A stretch of 64,000 nt of DNA, from NCBI GenBank assembly GCA_965223795.1, contig CBDCXL010000002.1, positions 448,001 to 512,000 of the forward strand, written 5' to 3'. This document shows positions 49,736 to 59,697 of this stretch, in pieces. Source of the DNA: Nitrospinales bacterium. Its GTDB lineage: Bacteria > Nitrospinota > Nitrospinia > Nitrospinales > VA-1. How positions within the stretch are numbered: position 1 is the first letter of the stretch; each line of letters opens with the position of its first letter. The notes beneath the pieces were generated by a model that saw only the letters and a list, made by a program, of their open reading frames with translations, had not been told where the DNA came from and did no database searches. Both the position numbers and the translations under genes were made by a program.

Positions 49736-51040
49736 TTAGCTCCCGTCTGAAGGGCTCCCGTCCACCCTTTTTTTCACCGCCTCGGCGTGTGCCTCGAGGT
49801 CCTCCATGCGGGCCAGAATTTCCACCTGCCCGCAGGCCTTTTCCAGCGCTTTTTTCGTATAACCGATAATGCTGGTCCGTTTGATGAAATCATAGACCCC
49901 CAAAGGCGATGAAAACCGGGCGGTGCCGCTGGTGGGCAGCACGTGGTTGGGGCCGGCGAGGTAGTCTCCCAGCGCCTCGGGCGTGTAATGCCCCAGAAAC
50001 ACGGCTCCTGCGTGGCGGATTCGATCGGCCCACTGTCTTGGGTTTTCCACAGCCAGCTCCAGGTGTTCCGGGGCCATGCGATTGGCCAGATCGACGGCGT
50101 CGTCCAGCGAAGCCACCACGAACGTCCGGCACTGTTCTTTGAGCGAAACCTCAACGATGGCTTTGCGTCCGAGCTTCTGCTTCTGTTTATCGAGCTGCCC
50201 GGCCACCTGACCGGCGAGCTTTGCGGAGGGCGTCACCAGGATGGGCACCGCCTCTTCGTCGTGCTCGGCCTGGGAAAGCAGGTCCGCCGCCACATAATCG
50301 GCGCGGGCGCTGTCGTCGGCGACGATGAGAATTTCGCTGGGACCGGCGATCATGTCGATGTCCACCACGCCGAACACCATGCGCTTGGCGAGGGCCACAT
50401 AGATGTTGCCGGGGCCGACGATCTTGTCCACTTTGGGAACCGTCCCGGTACCAAAAGCCAGGGCGGCCACAGCCTGCGCGCCGCCGACTCTGTAGATCGC
50501 ATCGACGCCGGCGATATCGGCGGCGACGTAAACGTGCGGGCTGGATTCGCCGCCGGGAGCGGGGTTCACCATGACCACGTTCTCCACGCCGGCCACGCGG
50601 GCGGGAATGGCGTTCATCAGCACGGAGGACGGATACGACGCCTTGCCGCCGGGAACGTAGATCCCCACGGTTTCCAGCGGACGCACCTGTTGGCCCAACA
50701 GGACGCCTTGCTCTTCGTACTGCCAGGATTCCTGAGTCTGCTTCTGGTGAAACCGGCGGATGTTTTCCGCCGCAGCGCGCAGGGCGTCCACTTCTTTTTC
50801 ATCGACGGCGGCGTAGGCGTTTTTGATCTCTTCAGCCGACACGCGCAGGGTCTCGGGCGTGAGCTCGCTCCTGTCGAAGCGGTGCGTGTACTCGATCAGC
50901 GCCGCGTCGCCTTCTTTCTGCACCGCTTGCAAAATTTCGCGCACGGTGGCGTCGTGAACGGAAAAATCCACGCTGGCGCGGTCCACGACGGCGGCCACCT
51001 GGGAATCGAAATCCGCATCCTTATAATTGTGAATCTTCAT
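49736..51040 (-). CDS. hisD: Histidinol dehydrogenase
   Basis: [39 protein letters not shown]. Confidence 0.97.
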   Translation of the reverse strand: MKIHNYKDADFDSQVAAVVDRASVDFSVHDATVREILQAVQKEGDAALIEYTHRFDRSELTPETLRVSAEEIKNAYAAVDEKEVDALRAAAENIRRFHQKQTQESWQYEEQGVLLGQQVRPLETVGIYVPGGKASYPSSVLMNAIPARVAGVENVVMVNPAPGGESSPHVYVAADIAGVDAIYRVGGAQAVAALAFGTGTVPKVDKIVGPGNIYVALAKRMVFGVVDIDMIAGPSEILIVADDSARADYVAADLLSQAEHDEEAVPILVTPSAKLAGQVAGQLDKQKQKLGRKAIVEVSLKEQCRTFVVASLDDAVDLANRMAPEHLELAVENPRQWADRIRHAGAVFLGHYTPEALGDYLAGPNHVLPTSGTARFSSPLGVYDFIKRTSIIGYTKKALEKACGQVEILARMEDLEAHAEAVKKRVDGSPSDGS

Positions 51041-51070
51041 AAAAATTTCAGCGTGCCCATTGGGGCAAGT

Positions 51071-51772
51071 TCAGAGCCGGGCGCCTTCTTGTTTGAGGTC
51101 GAGTTCTTTTAAAAACGCCCCGGTGTCGCTGTCTTCCCGCAGGCCGGATTGAGCGATCAGTTCGAGGTGGGTTTTCAGAAACAGAAGATCCTCTTTGCGG
51201 TCCACATCGTACCAGGGCGGCAGCACCTTAAGGCTCACCCCCAGGGCCCGCACCCGATCGAGGGTCTGGCGCAGCACGTGCCCGGATCCCCAGTCCACGT
51301 CCCGCATCACGTCCACAAACGGTTTCGCCATGCCGATGAGATAATAGCCGCCGTCGGTGCTGGGGCCCAGCGTCAGGTCTTTGGACGAAGCCAGCGCGCG
51401 TTCGATGTATTCTTTCGGCAGCGTGGGGCTGTCCGAACCGATGATGACAACCTTTTCATAACCTTGCGCAAACCGCGACTCGAACGCGTGCCGCATTTTC
51501 TCGCCCAGATCCTTGCCCTGCTGGTCGAACACCGTGATCGAGGGCTCCCGGTCCAGGCCGGAGAAGAAGCCGGACAGGTTGGAGGGCGAGACGCCGATGA
51601 AGCGGTCCGCTCCTTCTATGGAACGGATCAGCCGGATGCTGTCCTTTAAAAAGCAGGTGTACAATTTGAGCACGGAATCCGGGTCGAGGCCGTCCTCAAG
51701 CCGGGTTTTCACCTGGCCAATCACCGGATCGCGGGCAAACAGGATGAGCGCCTGGCTATTCATTTCCGGCAT
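51071..51772 (-). CDS. DUF2064/TIGR04282-type CofC-like transferase
   Basis: GQVKTRL, QGKDLGEKM, IGSDSP, GPSTDGGYYLIG, DVD. Confidence 0.9.
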   Translation of the reverse strand: MPEMNSQALILFARDPVIGQVKTRLEDGLDPDSVLKLYTCFLKDSIRLIRSIEGADRFIGVSPSNLSGFFSGLDREPSITVFDQQGKDLGEKMRHAFESRFAQGYEKVVIIGSDSPTLPKEYIERALASSKDLTLGPSTDGGYYLIGMAKPFVDVMRDVDWGSGHVLRQTLDRVRALGVSLKVLPPWYDVDRKEDLLFLKTHLELIAQSGLREDSDTGAFLKELDLKQEGARL

Positions 51773-51796
51773 GGTATTTTGCTGCTGACAAAGGAA

Positions 51797-51825
51797 TTGA
51801 CTCCCCCACGCAAACCCCCTAGAAT
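51797..51825 (+). promoter_or_regulatory. Sigma70 promoter of the PAP2/LPS operon
   Basis: TTGACT-N17-TAGAAT. Confidence 0.65.
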
Positions 51826-51865
51826 TTAAAGCGCAATAGTTACAATCATTTCAAGGAGATCCGCT

Positions 51866-52450
51866 ATTTTCGGGCAATGGGACATCGACGTATTCTACTG
51901 GATCAATACGCATTTTCAATCCCCGATCTTCCGAAAATTCATGGAGTTCATCTCCATCAAGCAGAATTTCGTGGTGCCGGGGATCGTTCTGGCGGTGCTG
52001 ATCCTGTTTGTGTGGAAAAAACGCGGGCTGGCGTTTCTGGTCTCCGGCGCGATCGTGGTGGGCCTCAACGATTTCATTTCGCACCAGATCCTCAAAGAAA
52101 TTTTCGCGCGCCCGCGGCCCTGCCACACCCTGACCGATTTCAACCATATCGTGAACTGCTCGAACAGCTTTTCGTTTCCCTCCAACCACGCCAGCAACCT
52201 GTTCACCTTCGCCACGTTGATGACGCTGTGCTTTCGCAACACGGTGTTTCTGGTGTACACGATGGCGCTGCTGGTCGGGTATTCGCGGGTGTACCTGGGG
52301 GTGCACTATCCCTCGGATGTCCTGGGCGGGGCGGTTTGTGGTATTGTTATGGGAATTTTGGGCTACAAATACGTGTACCGGCGTCTTCTGGGATTCCTGA
52401 AAGTAAAACCGGCGGACCGGAACCCGATGAAGCCAGGGCTTCCACTGTGA
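51866..52450 (+). CDS. PAP2 family phosphatase (lipid A or undecaprenyl-PP type)
   Basis: K...RPRP, SFPSNH, SRVYLGVHYPSD; frame open upstream of ATG 51941 to an ATT at 51866 after AAGGAG. Confidence 0.88.
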   Translation: MFGQWDIDVFYWINTHFQSPIFRKFMEFISIKQNFVVPGIVLAVLILFVWKKRGLAFLVSGAIVVGLNDFISHQILKEIFARPRPCHTLTDFNHIVNCSNSFSFPSNHASNLFTFATLMTLCFRNTVFLVYTMALLVGYSRVYLGVHYPSDVLGGAVCGIVMGILGYKYVYRRLLGFLKVKPADRNPMKPGLPL

Positions 52451-52488
52451 AGTGAACCGAATCTTTTCACTGCACCGCGCTTTCGTCC

Positions 52489-53565
52489 ATGACTCCTGCC
52501 GCGAAACGATTTCTCATCATCCGACCAAGTTCCCTGGGGGACGTGGTGCACGCGCTGCCGGCGCTGCGCACGCTGCGCGCCAACCACCCGAAGGCGCACA
52601 TCGCCTGGCTGATCGAGGAACGCTACCGCGATCTTTTGCACGGCAACCCGGATCTGAACGCCGTCATCGAAGTGCGCACGAAAGTCTGGCGCAAGCGCCT
52701 CAACCTGGAAACGCTGAGCGAGATCCGCGACACCATCCGTTATATAAAAGAACAGCGCTTCGATACGGTGTTCGATCTGACCGGGCTGTTCAAAAGCGGG
52801 CTCATCGCCTGGCTGTCCGGCGCTCCCAAAAGGATCGGCTTTCACAAACGGGATCTGAAGGAATCGGCCAGCGCCTGGTTCACCAACCAAAAGGCCGACA
52901 CCGTGACTCCCGAGCATGTGGTGGACCGCTACCGGGAGCTCATCCTGCTTGCGGGCGGCGATAAAACGCTCGATACGTTTCCGTTTTTTTCGGTGCCGCC
53001 GGAATGCCGCAGGCGGGTGGCGGCGTTTTTCGACGAAGACCCGGAATTTTCCCGGCGTCCGGTCGCGGCGGTCAACCCCGGAGCGGGATTTCCCTCGAAG
53101 CTGTGGAAGCCGGAGCGGTTCGCGGCCGTCGCCGACCGGCTGGTGCAGGAGCTTGGATTTTCGGTGCTGATCACCTGGGGGCCGGGCGAGAAAGAGCTCG
53201 CGGAAGCGATCGCCGGCCGCATGAACGCACCGCACAAACTGGCGCCCGAGACCAGCATCCTCGAATCGATCGCGCTGTACCGCAGGCTGGCGCTGATGAT
53301 CAGCTGCGATTCGGGCCCGCTGCATCTGTGCGCGGCGCTGGGCGTTCCGACGGTGGCGCTGTTCGGGCCGACGGACCCCTTGCGCAACGGTCCTTACGGT
53401 GCGGGACACGCCACGATCATGAATGATTTGCCGTGCAGCCACTGCTGGAAGAAAACCTGTCCCTTAAAGACCGATGAGTGCATGGAGACGATTTCCGTGG
53501 ATGCGGTGTTTCAGGCGGCGGAACGCATCGCGGCGCAATGCGGCAAAGCCATTCCTTCTTCTTAA
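52489..53565 (+). CDS. GT9 LPS heptosyltransferase (WaaC/WaaF-like)
   Basis: SSLGDVVH, NPGAG..K.W, DSGPLHL, LFGPT. Confidence 0.93.
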   Translation: MTPAAKRFLIIRPSSLGDVVHALPALRTLRANHPKAHIAWLIEERYRDLLHGNPDLNAVIEVRTKVWRKRLNLETLSEIRDTIRYIKEQRFDTVFDLTGLFKSGLIAWLSGAPKRIGFHKRDLKESASAWFTNQKADTVTPEHVVDRYRELILLAGGDKTLDTFPFFSVPPECRRRVAAFFDEDPEFSRRPVAAVNPGAGFPSKLWKPERFAAVADRLVQELGFSVLITWGPGEKELAEAIAGRMNAPHKLAPETSILESIALYRRLALMISCDSGPLHLCAALGVPTVALFGPTDPLRNGPYGAGHATIMNDLPCSHCWKKTCPLKTDECMETISVDAVFQAAERIAAQCGKAIPSS

Positions 53566-53592
53566 AAGAGATCAAGACAAAGAGGTGACCCG

Positions 53593-53763
53593 ATGTCGAT
53601 AGACAAAGAACTGCTTGAAATTCTCGTCTGCCCCAAATGCAAGGGCGACCTGACGCTGCCGCCTGAAGAGGACGGGCTCATCTGCAACGCCTGCAAGCTG
53701 AAATACCCGATCAAGGACGACATTCCCATCATGCTGATCGACGAAGCGCTGCCGCTTGACTGA
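53593..53763 (+). CDS. Trm112/YcaR-family protein
   Basis: Manual translation MSIDKELLEILVCPKCKGDL...LICNACKLKYPIKDDIPIMLIDEA; GAGG RBS; below ORF-track cutoff. Confidence 0.93.
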   Translation: MSIDKELLEILVCPKCKGDLTLPPEEDGLICNACKLKYPIKDDIPIMLIDEALPLD

Positions 53764-53789
53764 ACCCGCCCTCTCCCACCGCCGACACC

Positions 53790-54891
53790 ATGCGCACTTT
53801 TTTGCGACGTCTTGAACGGGGGACCAAGCGGGGCCTGTGGAATCTTCTGGCCCTGCTGTTTTCGGCCCCAAAAATCGAACTGAACCCGCCCCTCGACCCC
53901 GGATCGATCCGCTCCATCCTGGTGGTGCGCCCGGACCGGCTGGGGGATGTGATCCTGTCGACGCCGGTGTACGCATCGCTCAAGGCCGCGTTCCCCACGG
54001 CCGCGCTCACGGTCCTGGTGGACCGCGCCAACGCGGACGTGCTCAGGGACAACCCGTTCATCGACCGGCTGATCGAGTTCGACCGCCGCCGGCCGCACCG
54101 GGTGATCGTGCCGCTGTGGACGACGCCGTTCGACCTGGCGCTGACGCTCAACAAAATGTTCAGCGCCACCGCGTCGTTTCTCACGCTGTGCTCGCGCGCT
54201 AAGCTCAGGATGGGCTACGATTTTCCGCAGAACGCCTGGGTGCACCACGTCCGCGTCCCGCCGCACAGGAAAGTCCAGCACGAGATCGAAAACAACCTCG
54301 ATCTTCTGCGCGAGCTGGGGCTGACCGAACTCTGCACCGGAGCCGCGGATCTTCTTCAACCGCGACGAGGCGGCGAAGATCGAGCCGTTGTTCACTCAAA
54401 ACCGGCATCATCCGGACCGGCCGCTTGTGCTCATCAAGCCGGGAACGCGCATCGCCGAATGGGGCTGGAGTATGGAGAAATTCGCCACGCTCACGGACAC
54501 GCTGATCAAGACGGAAACGGCGGAGGTGTTTTTTATCACGGGCCCCGGAGAGAAAGCGATGGTAGACTCTTTGATGAGACGCATGGACGAAAAACCGTTT
54601 CGTCTGCCGCCGCTTTCGATCAAGGAACTCGCCCTGGCCATCCAGCAGAGCCACCTTCTGGTGTGCAACCACACGGGCATCATGCACCTGGCCTCGGCGG
54701 TGAAAACGCCGGTGCTGGCGATCTTCAAGCACGGCGAGATCGCGCGCTGGGGCCCCACAAACACGCCGCACGTGGTCCTGGAAGAACGCAACGACACCTC
54801 GCTGGAACCGGACACGGTGCGGGAGGGCATCGTGAAACTGCTCCGGCAGACCAGCCGCAAGACGGAACCGCATCCGCAGAACGCGCCGTGA
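53790..54891 (+). pseudogene. Frameshifted GT9 glycosyltransferase
   Basis: N-half RPDRLGDVILSTP in the frame of 53790; C-half (APEPRIFF...NHTGIMHLASA...WGP) in the +1 frame; junction near 54333. Confidence 0.85.
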
Positions 54892-54983
54892 CTGAAAAGT
54901 CCGCGCGCGTCCTCCTGAGAACAACGCCACCGCTGAGGAATCGACTTTATGAATGACAACATTCACAATCCAAGCCGCATCAG

Positions 54984-56453
54984 GTGGGAGCGCCCGGCCT
55001 GATTTTCCACGAACCGCTTTTGTTCGAGATGGGCTCGCCGGGACGCCGGGCTTACTCACTGCCGCCCTGCGACGTTCCGGACGTGGAGATCGAGGCGCTC
55101 TTGCCTCCCGATGAGATCCGCGGTCCGCTGGAAGATTTTCCGGAGCTTTCGGAGCTGGAGGTGGTGCGGCATTTCACGCGGCTGTCGCAGTGGAATTTCA
55201 GCATCGACACGAACTTCTACCCGCTCGGTTCGTGCACGATGAAGTACAACCCGAAAATCAACGACGCGCTGGCGCAGAGTCCGGGCTTCGCCCAGCACCA
55301 CCCGCTGACGCCGGAGCGGCTGTCGCAGGGCAGCCTCATGCTCATGCACGAGCTTCAGGAATGCTTAAAGACGATCAGCGGCATGGACCACGTCAGCCTG
55401 CAGCCGGCCGCCGGGGCGCAGGGGGAGTTCGCCGGGCTATTGATGATCCACGCCTACCACACGGCCAACGGCAACCCGCGCAAGAAGGTGCTGCTGCCGG
55501 ATTCGGCGCACGGCACCAACCCGGCGAGCGCGGCGTTGTGCGGCTACACGGCGATGCAGATTCCCTCGGGCAGGGACGGGCTGATCGACCTCGACCATCT
55601 TAAAAGGCTGATGGACGAGGACACGGCGGCGATCATGCTGACCAACCCCAACACGCTCGGCATGTTCGAGAAAGACATTCTGAAGATCACCGAGATCGTG
55701 CACGGCAAAGGCGGGCTGGTGTACTGCGACGGCGCCAATCTCAACGCGGTGATGGGCAAAACGAAAATGGGCGACATGGGGATCGACGTGCTGCACTTCA
55801 ACCTGCACAAGACGTTCTCGACGCCGCACGGCGGCGGCGGGCCGGGCGCCGGGCCGGTGGGCATCCACGACAAGCTCGAACCGTTTCTGCCCGCGCCGGT
55901 GATCGAAAAACAGGGCTCGCGGTTCGTGCTCGATCACAACCGGCCGCAGAGCATCGGCCGGTTGAAAGCGTTTTACGGCAACTTCGGCATCCTGCTGCGC
56001 GCCTACGCCTACATCCGCAGCCTGGGCGCGGAGGGCGTGCGCGAAGCCAGCGAGGCGGCGGTGCTCAATTCCAACTACATCAAGGCGCGGCTGAAAGACC
56101 TGTACCACCTGCCCTATCCCGACGCCAGCCTGCACGAATGCGTGTTCAACGACAAGAACCAGGCCCCGAAGGTGACGACGATGGACATCGCCAAGGCGCT
56201 CATCGACTACGGCTTTCACCCGCCGACGGTGTACTTCCCGCTGATCGTCAAGGCGGCGCTGATGGTGGAGCCGACCGAGACCGAGTCGAAGGAAACGCTG
56301 GACCGGTTCATCGCCGCCATGCGCGACATCGCCCGGCGCGCGACCGAAGACCCGGACGGCCTGCACGCCACGCCGAGACTGCCGAAGGTCTCGCGGCCGG
56401 ACGAAGCCAAGGCGGCGCGCCATCCGACGCTGCGGTGGAGAAAACAGAACTGA
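54984..56453 (+). CDS. gcvPB: Glycine dehydrogenase subunit 2
   Basis: YPLGSCTMKYNPK, QPAAGAQGE, SAHGTNPAS, NLHKTFSTPHGGGGPG, EPTETES. Confidence 0.96.
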   Translation: MGAPGLIFHEPLLFEMGSPGRRAYSLPPCDVPDVEIEALLPPDEIRGPLEDFPELSELEVVRHFTRLSQWNFSIDTNFYPLGSCTMKYNPKINDALAQSPGFAQHHPLTPERLSQGSLMLMHELQECLKTISGMDHVSLQPAAGAQGEFAGLLMIHAYHTANGNPRKKVLLPDSAHGTNPASAALCGYTAMQIPSGRDGLIDLDHLKRLMDEDTAAIMLTNPNTLGMFEKDILKITEIVHGKGGLVYCDGANLNAVMGKTKMGDMGIDVLHFNLHKTFSTPHGGGGPGAGPVGIHDKLEPFLPAPVIEKQGSRFVLDHNRPQSIGRLKAFYGNFGILLRAYAYIRSLGAEGVREASEAAVLNSNYIKARLKDLYHLPYPDASLHECVFNDKNQAPKVTTMDIAKALIDYGFHPPTVYFPLIVKAALMVEPTETESKETLDRFIAAMRDIARRATEDPDGLHATPRLPKVSRPDEAKAARHPTLRWRKQN

Positions 56454-56457
56454 TTCA

Positions 56458-56640
56458 GACAGGATGAACGGGATAAAAACAGAGAAAAACAAAAGGAAAA
56501 AACTGCCTCGAGCAAAGCCGCAAAGAAAACCAGGAAAACGAGAAGGGTTTCTTTAAATATCCCTCTCCCCTGGAGGGAGGCCAAGCATAGCTTGGCACTC
56601 GCTCGTTAATAGTGGTGGCTTGAGGGAGGGGTGAGGGGGA
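56458..56640 (+). repeat. Composite intergenic element, copy 3
   Basis: GACAGGATGAACGGGATAAAAACAG...GCAAAGCCGCAAAGAAAA...37 bp core...GTGGCTTGAGGGAGGGGTGAGGGGG; followed by a REP-like CCTGAGCCTGTCGAAGGG at ~56667-56684. Confidence 0.9.
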
Positions 56641-56787
56641 TTCAATAATCTGTCACCCCGAGTTCTCCTGAGCCTGTCGAAGGGCAAAGGTTTTAGTGAG
56701 CTTTCAAACAGGGGATTGTATGACTCGGATTTTCTCTTCTCCCCCTAAAAGAGTGTCGGTGATTCTGTTTGAAAGAGGTTGAATGTG

Positions 56788-57573
56788 ATGTGGGGCTGGT
56801 TTCGTGATTTTAAACGGAAAAAAATCCTGTCCACTCCTTTCCCCGGCGAGTGGGAGAGGCTCATTCAAAGCAACCTTCATCATTATCGGCACCTCAACCG
56901 GGAAGAAAAAAAGCGGCTGCAGGACCTCATCCGCATCTTCGTTGCCGAAATGCACTGGGAGGGGTGCAACGGTCTTAAACTGACGGATGAAATCCGCGTC
57001 ACCATCGCCGCCCACGCCTGCCTGCTGATCCTCGCGCTGCCCGACGATTCGTACCGCAATGTGGAAACCCTATACGTCTACCCCACCACCGTCTACACCC
57101 CTGAGCGTAAAACCGGTTTTTTTGACGTTCGCACCACCCCGGTGGAGGGCCCGATGCCGATCGATGGCGAAGCCCACCATCAAGGCCCGGTGATCCTCGT
57201 CTGGGATGCGGTGAAACACGAAGCCCGGCACCCGGAACACGGTCACAATGTGGTCTATCACGAGTTCGCGCACAAGCTGGACATGCTCGACGGCAGCGCG
57301 GACGGCACGCCGCCGCTGGCCACGACCGAAGATTATGAGCGGTGGCGCGAAGTCTGTTCCGAGGAGTATCTGGAACTGTGCGACCAGGTGGACTACGGCG
57401 AGCCCACATTTTTAGACAGCTACGCGGCAACCGATGAAACCGAATTTTTCGCGGTGGCGACCGAATATTTTTTCAGCAATCCTCAAGACATGAAACTGCA
57501 TCAACCGAAACTGTATAAGGTGCTGCAGGATTTTTACCGGCAGGATCCGGCAAATAGGGTCGTCCGCTACTGA
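56788..57573 (+). CDS. MtfA-like zinc peptidase (M90)
   Basis: IAAHACLL, GPVILVW, NVVYHEFAHKLD, EFFAVATEYFF. Confidence 0.92.
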   Translation: MWGWFRDFKRKKILSTPFPGEWERLIQSNLHHYRHLNREEKKRLQDLIRIFVAEMHWEGCNGLKLTDEIRVTIAAHACLLILALPDDSYRNVETLYVYPTTVYTPERKTGFFDVRTTPVEGPMPIDGEAHHQGPVILVWDAVKHEARHPEHGHNVVYHEFAHKLDMLDGSADGTPPLATTEDYERWREVCSEEYLELCDQVDYGEPTFLDSYAATDETEFFAVATEYFFSNPQDMKLHQPKLYKVLQDFYRQDPANRVVRY

Positions 57574-57617
57574 GAGACCTATGCATAAGTCGATCCTGTC
57601 ATGTTGTGCCTATTGAA
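57574..57617 (+). mobile_element. Decayed end of the 26 kb MITE-like element
   Basis: GAGACCTATGCATAAGTCGAT-CCTGTCATGTTGTGCCTATTGAA aligns to the reverse complement of 26176-26131 (GAGATCTTTGCATAAGTCGATGACCTGTCATGCTGAGCTTGTCGAA). Confidence 0.7.
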
Positions 57618-57646
57618 AAATTCTTGTGAAAATCAAGGCTTTTAAA

Positions 57647-59272
57647 ATGATCCTAAAATTTTCGAGAATTGTAAAAACCAGCAGAAAACTTATTTTTGAA
57701 AACATCATGGATTTGGATCATGTATGCCATTTACACGCAAGATGGTTTTCAAATTTGCGTGTCATTATTCAGAGATCTGATTACGTAGAATATCGTCTCA
57801 CCAGTTCTTTTTTTGGCTTAAAACAAGAAGTCTTAGCCAAAGGAGGGCCTATTGACGAAAACCGATATTGGTATGAATTTAACGGCCGCATAACCCAGGT
57901 TCGAGTGGACGGGTATATGGAGGGTCCCGACGGAGAATTACTGCAAACAGAGACTATCACATACAAATACAAATGGTTTTTTGCTCCATTTTTTTGGATC
58001 TTAAAACCATGTTTCAACATACAAAAAAATGATATTTTCGAAGCCGATTCTGCAGCTCTAGAACGTATGTATAAACTTGAACAAGAAGGATTTCAACGGA
58101 ATGAAATTAGCAGATCTCGCATTGTCGTGTATGGAGGTTCGGGGTTTTTTGGAAGGCTGGTTGTACAAGATCTTTTGGAACATTCAAAAGCAGAAATTAT
58201 AATCGCCTCAAGAAATCCAACTTCAATTAGTTTTAACGCAAAAGATCCCACACGAATAAAATATTTCATTTCCAATATAGAAGATCTAGATTCAATCAAA
58301 AGGACAATCCACGGAGCTCAAGTTGTTGTGTGTTGCGTCGGTCCTTTTCAAGGAATGTCTTTAAACTTATTTAATGCTTGTATCGAAAAAAATATCCACT
58401 ATGTCGACGTTGCCGACGACCGTGATTTTTTATTAAGCACCTACAACCTTGCAGATAAAGTAAACAAATCTGGCATTAAGGCTTTTATCGGCTGTTCAGT
58501 AATTCCTGGCATTTCGACCTTACTGGCCTCCTATTCAACCCAAGGAATAAAATAAATTGACAACATTAAAATATGCATAACGCCAGGAACCAGATATGCC
58601 AGGGGTCCGGGCTCTTTCGAATGCCTCTTATCCACCCTAGGCAACCCTATTAAAATACCTTTCAATGGAAGTACAAAAACTGTGCTTGGATGGACCGGCA
58701 AAGAAACGGTTCTTTTCCCTGAACCTATAAATAAACGTCAAGTATATTTCGTAGTCGACACCCCTGATTATTATTTACAGCCTCTTTATTTTGGAGCGCA
58801 GACAGTTCAATTTAAAATAGGTGCAGAATTTGTGTTTTTGAATAAAAGTCTTGCGCTGATGAATGCATTAAAAAAATCCTTAAGATTAAAGAGCTTAAAA
58901 AGCATGATTCCACTTTTTAGAAAAGTCATAGGTTTCGCAGGATTGTTCGGCACTACCCAAGGGGGAATGCTTGTAGAGATCCAAAATCATAGGGAACCTG
59001 ATAAAAAAATAGGTTATTCGGTTGCAACTGATAAAAACGGCGAAAAGATACCTGCGATTTTACCTTCGCTTGCGGTCTTAAGAATTTTAAACAACCAAGT
59101 AACTGAGACAGGAATCGTTAATTTGTCGAACTGGATAGAGCAAGACGAGTTTATTCGAGAATTCAAAAAAAGAGGCATTCAAGTGTTTGAATACTCTAGC
59201 GATGGATTATGGAAAGAAAAAGTCATTACAGTGGAGACGAACCAGAACCAATCCAACACGATCAAGACATGA
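57647..59272 (+). pseudogene. Rieske-oxygenase-like catalytic (SRPBCC) domain fused to a saccharopine-dehydrogenase-like domain, one in-frame TAA
   Basis: ENIMDLDHVCHLH; GGSGFFG, CVGPFQ, HYVDVAD, PGIS; ORFs 57626 and 58682 share one frame separated only by TAA 58553-58555; AT-rich. Confidence 0.75.
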
Positions 59273-59321
59273 TACCAAGCGGCGACCAAGTCAATCAAAG
59301 CGTCTAAATAAAGGAGACTAT

Positions 59322-59624
59322 ATGGCTGAATATAAAATCGGAAAAACTTCCGAAATAGCCAAAGGTAGTGGCAAAACCTTTGAAGTGGAAGGAAAAAGTA
59401 TCGCCGTGTTCAATGTGGGCGGCAACTTTGTAGGCATCGATAACACTTGCAAACATCGCGGCGGATCACTTGGGGATGGTACCCTTTCAGGGGATACCGT
59501 CACATGCCTCCTCCACGGTTGGCAATACAGTGTTATTAATGGCGAATGCCTCACCAACTCGGCGGTAAAACTGGATTGCTATCCCGTCAAAGTACACGGT
59601 GAAGATATTGCGATCGAAGTTTAA
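59322..59624 (+). CDS. Stand-alone Rieske [2Fe-2S] ferredoxin
   Basis: CKHRGGSLGDG...CLLHGW; AAGGAG RBS. Confidence 0.92.
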   Translation: MAEYKIGKTSEIAKGSGKTFEVEGKSIAVFNVGGNFVGIDNTCKHRGGSLGDGTLSGDTVTCLLHGWQYSVINGECLTNSAVKLDCYPVKVHGEDIAIEV

Positions 59625-59697
59625 GAATTTTTCCTTGGTTCCCCACTCTGCACTTCATGGCAGCAGTGGTGCGCGGCCCGGTGCGTTGGGTTGCCGC

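Noticed and set aside
58553..58555. Programmed readthrough (Sec/Pyl) of the internal stop
   Set aside because: The codon is TAA, which is not recoded, and TAA terminates other genes in this window.
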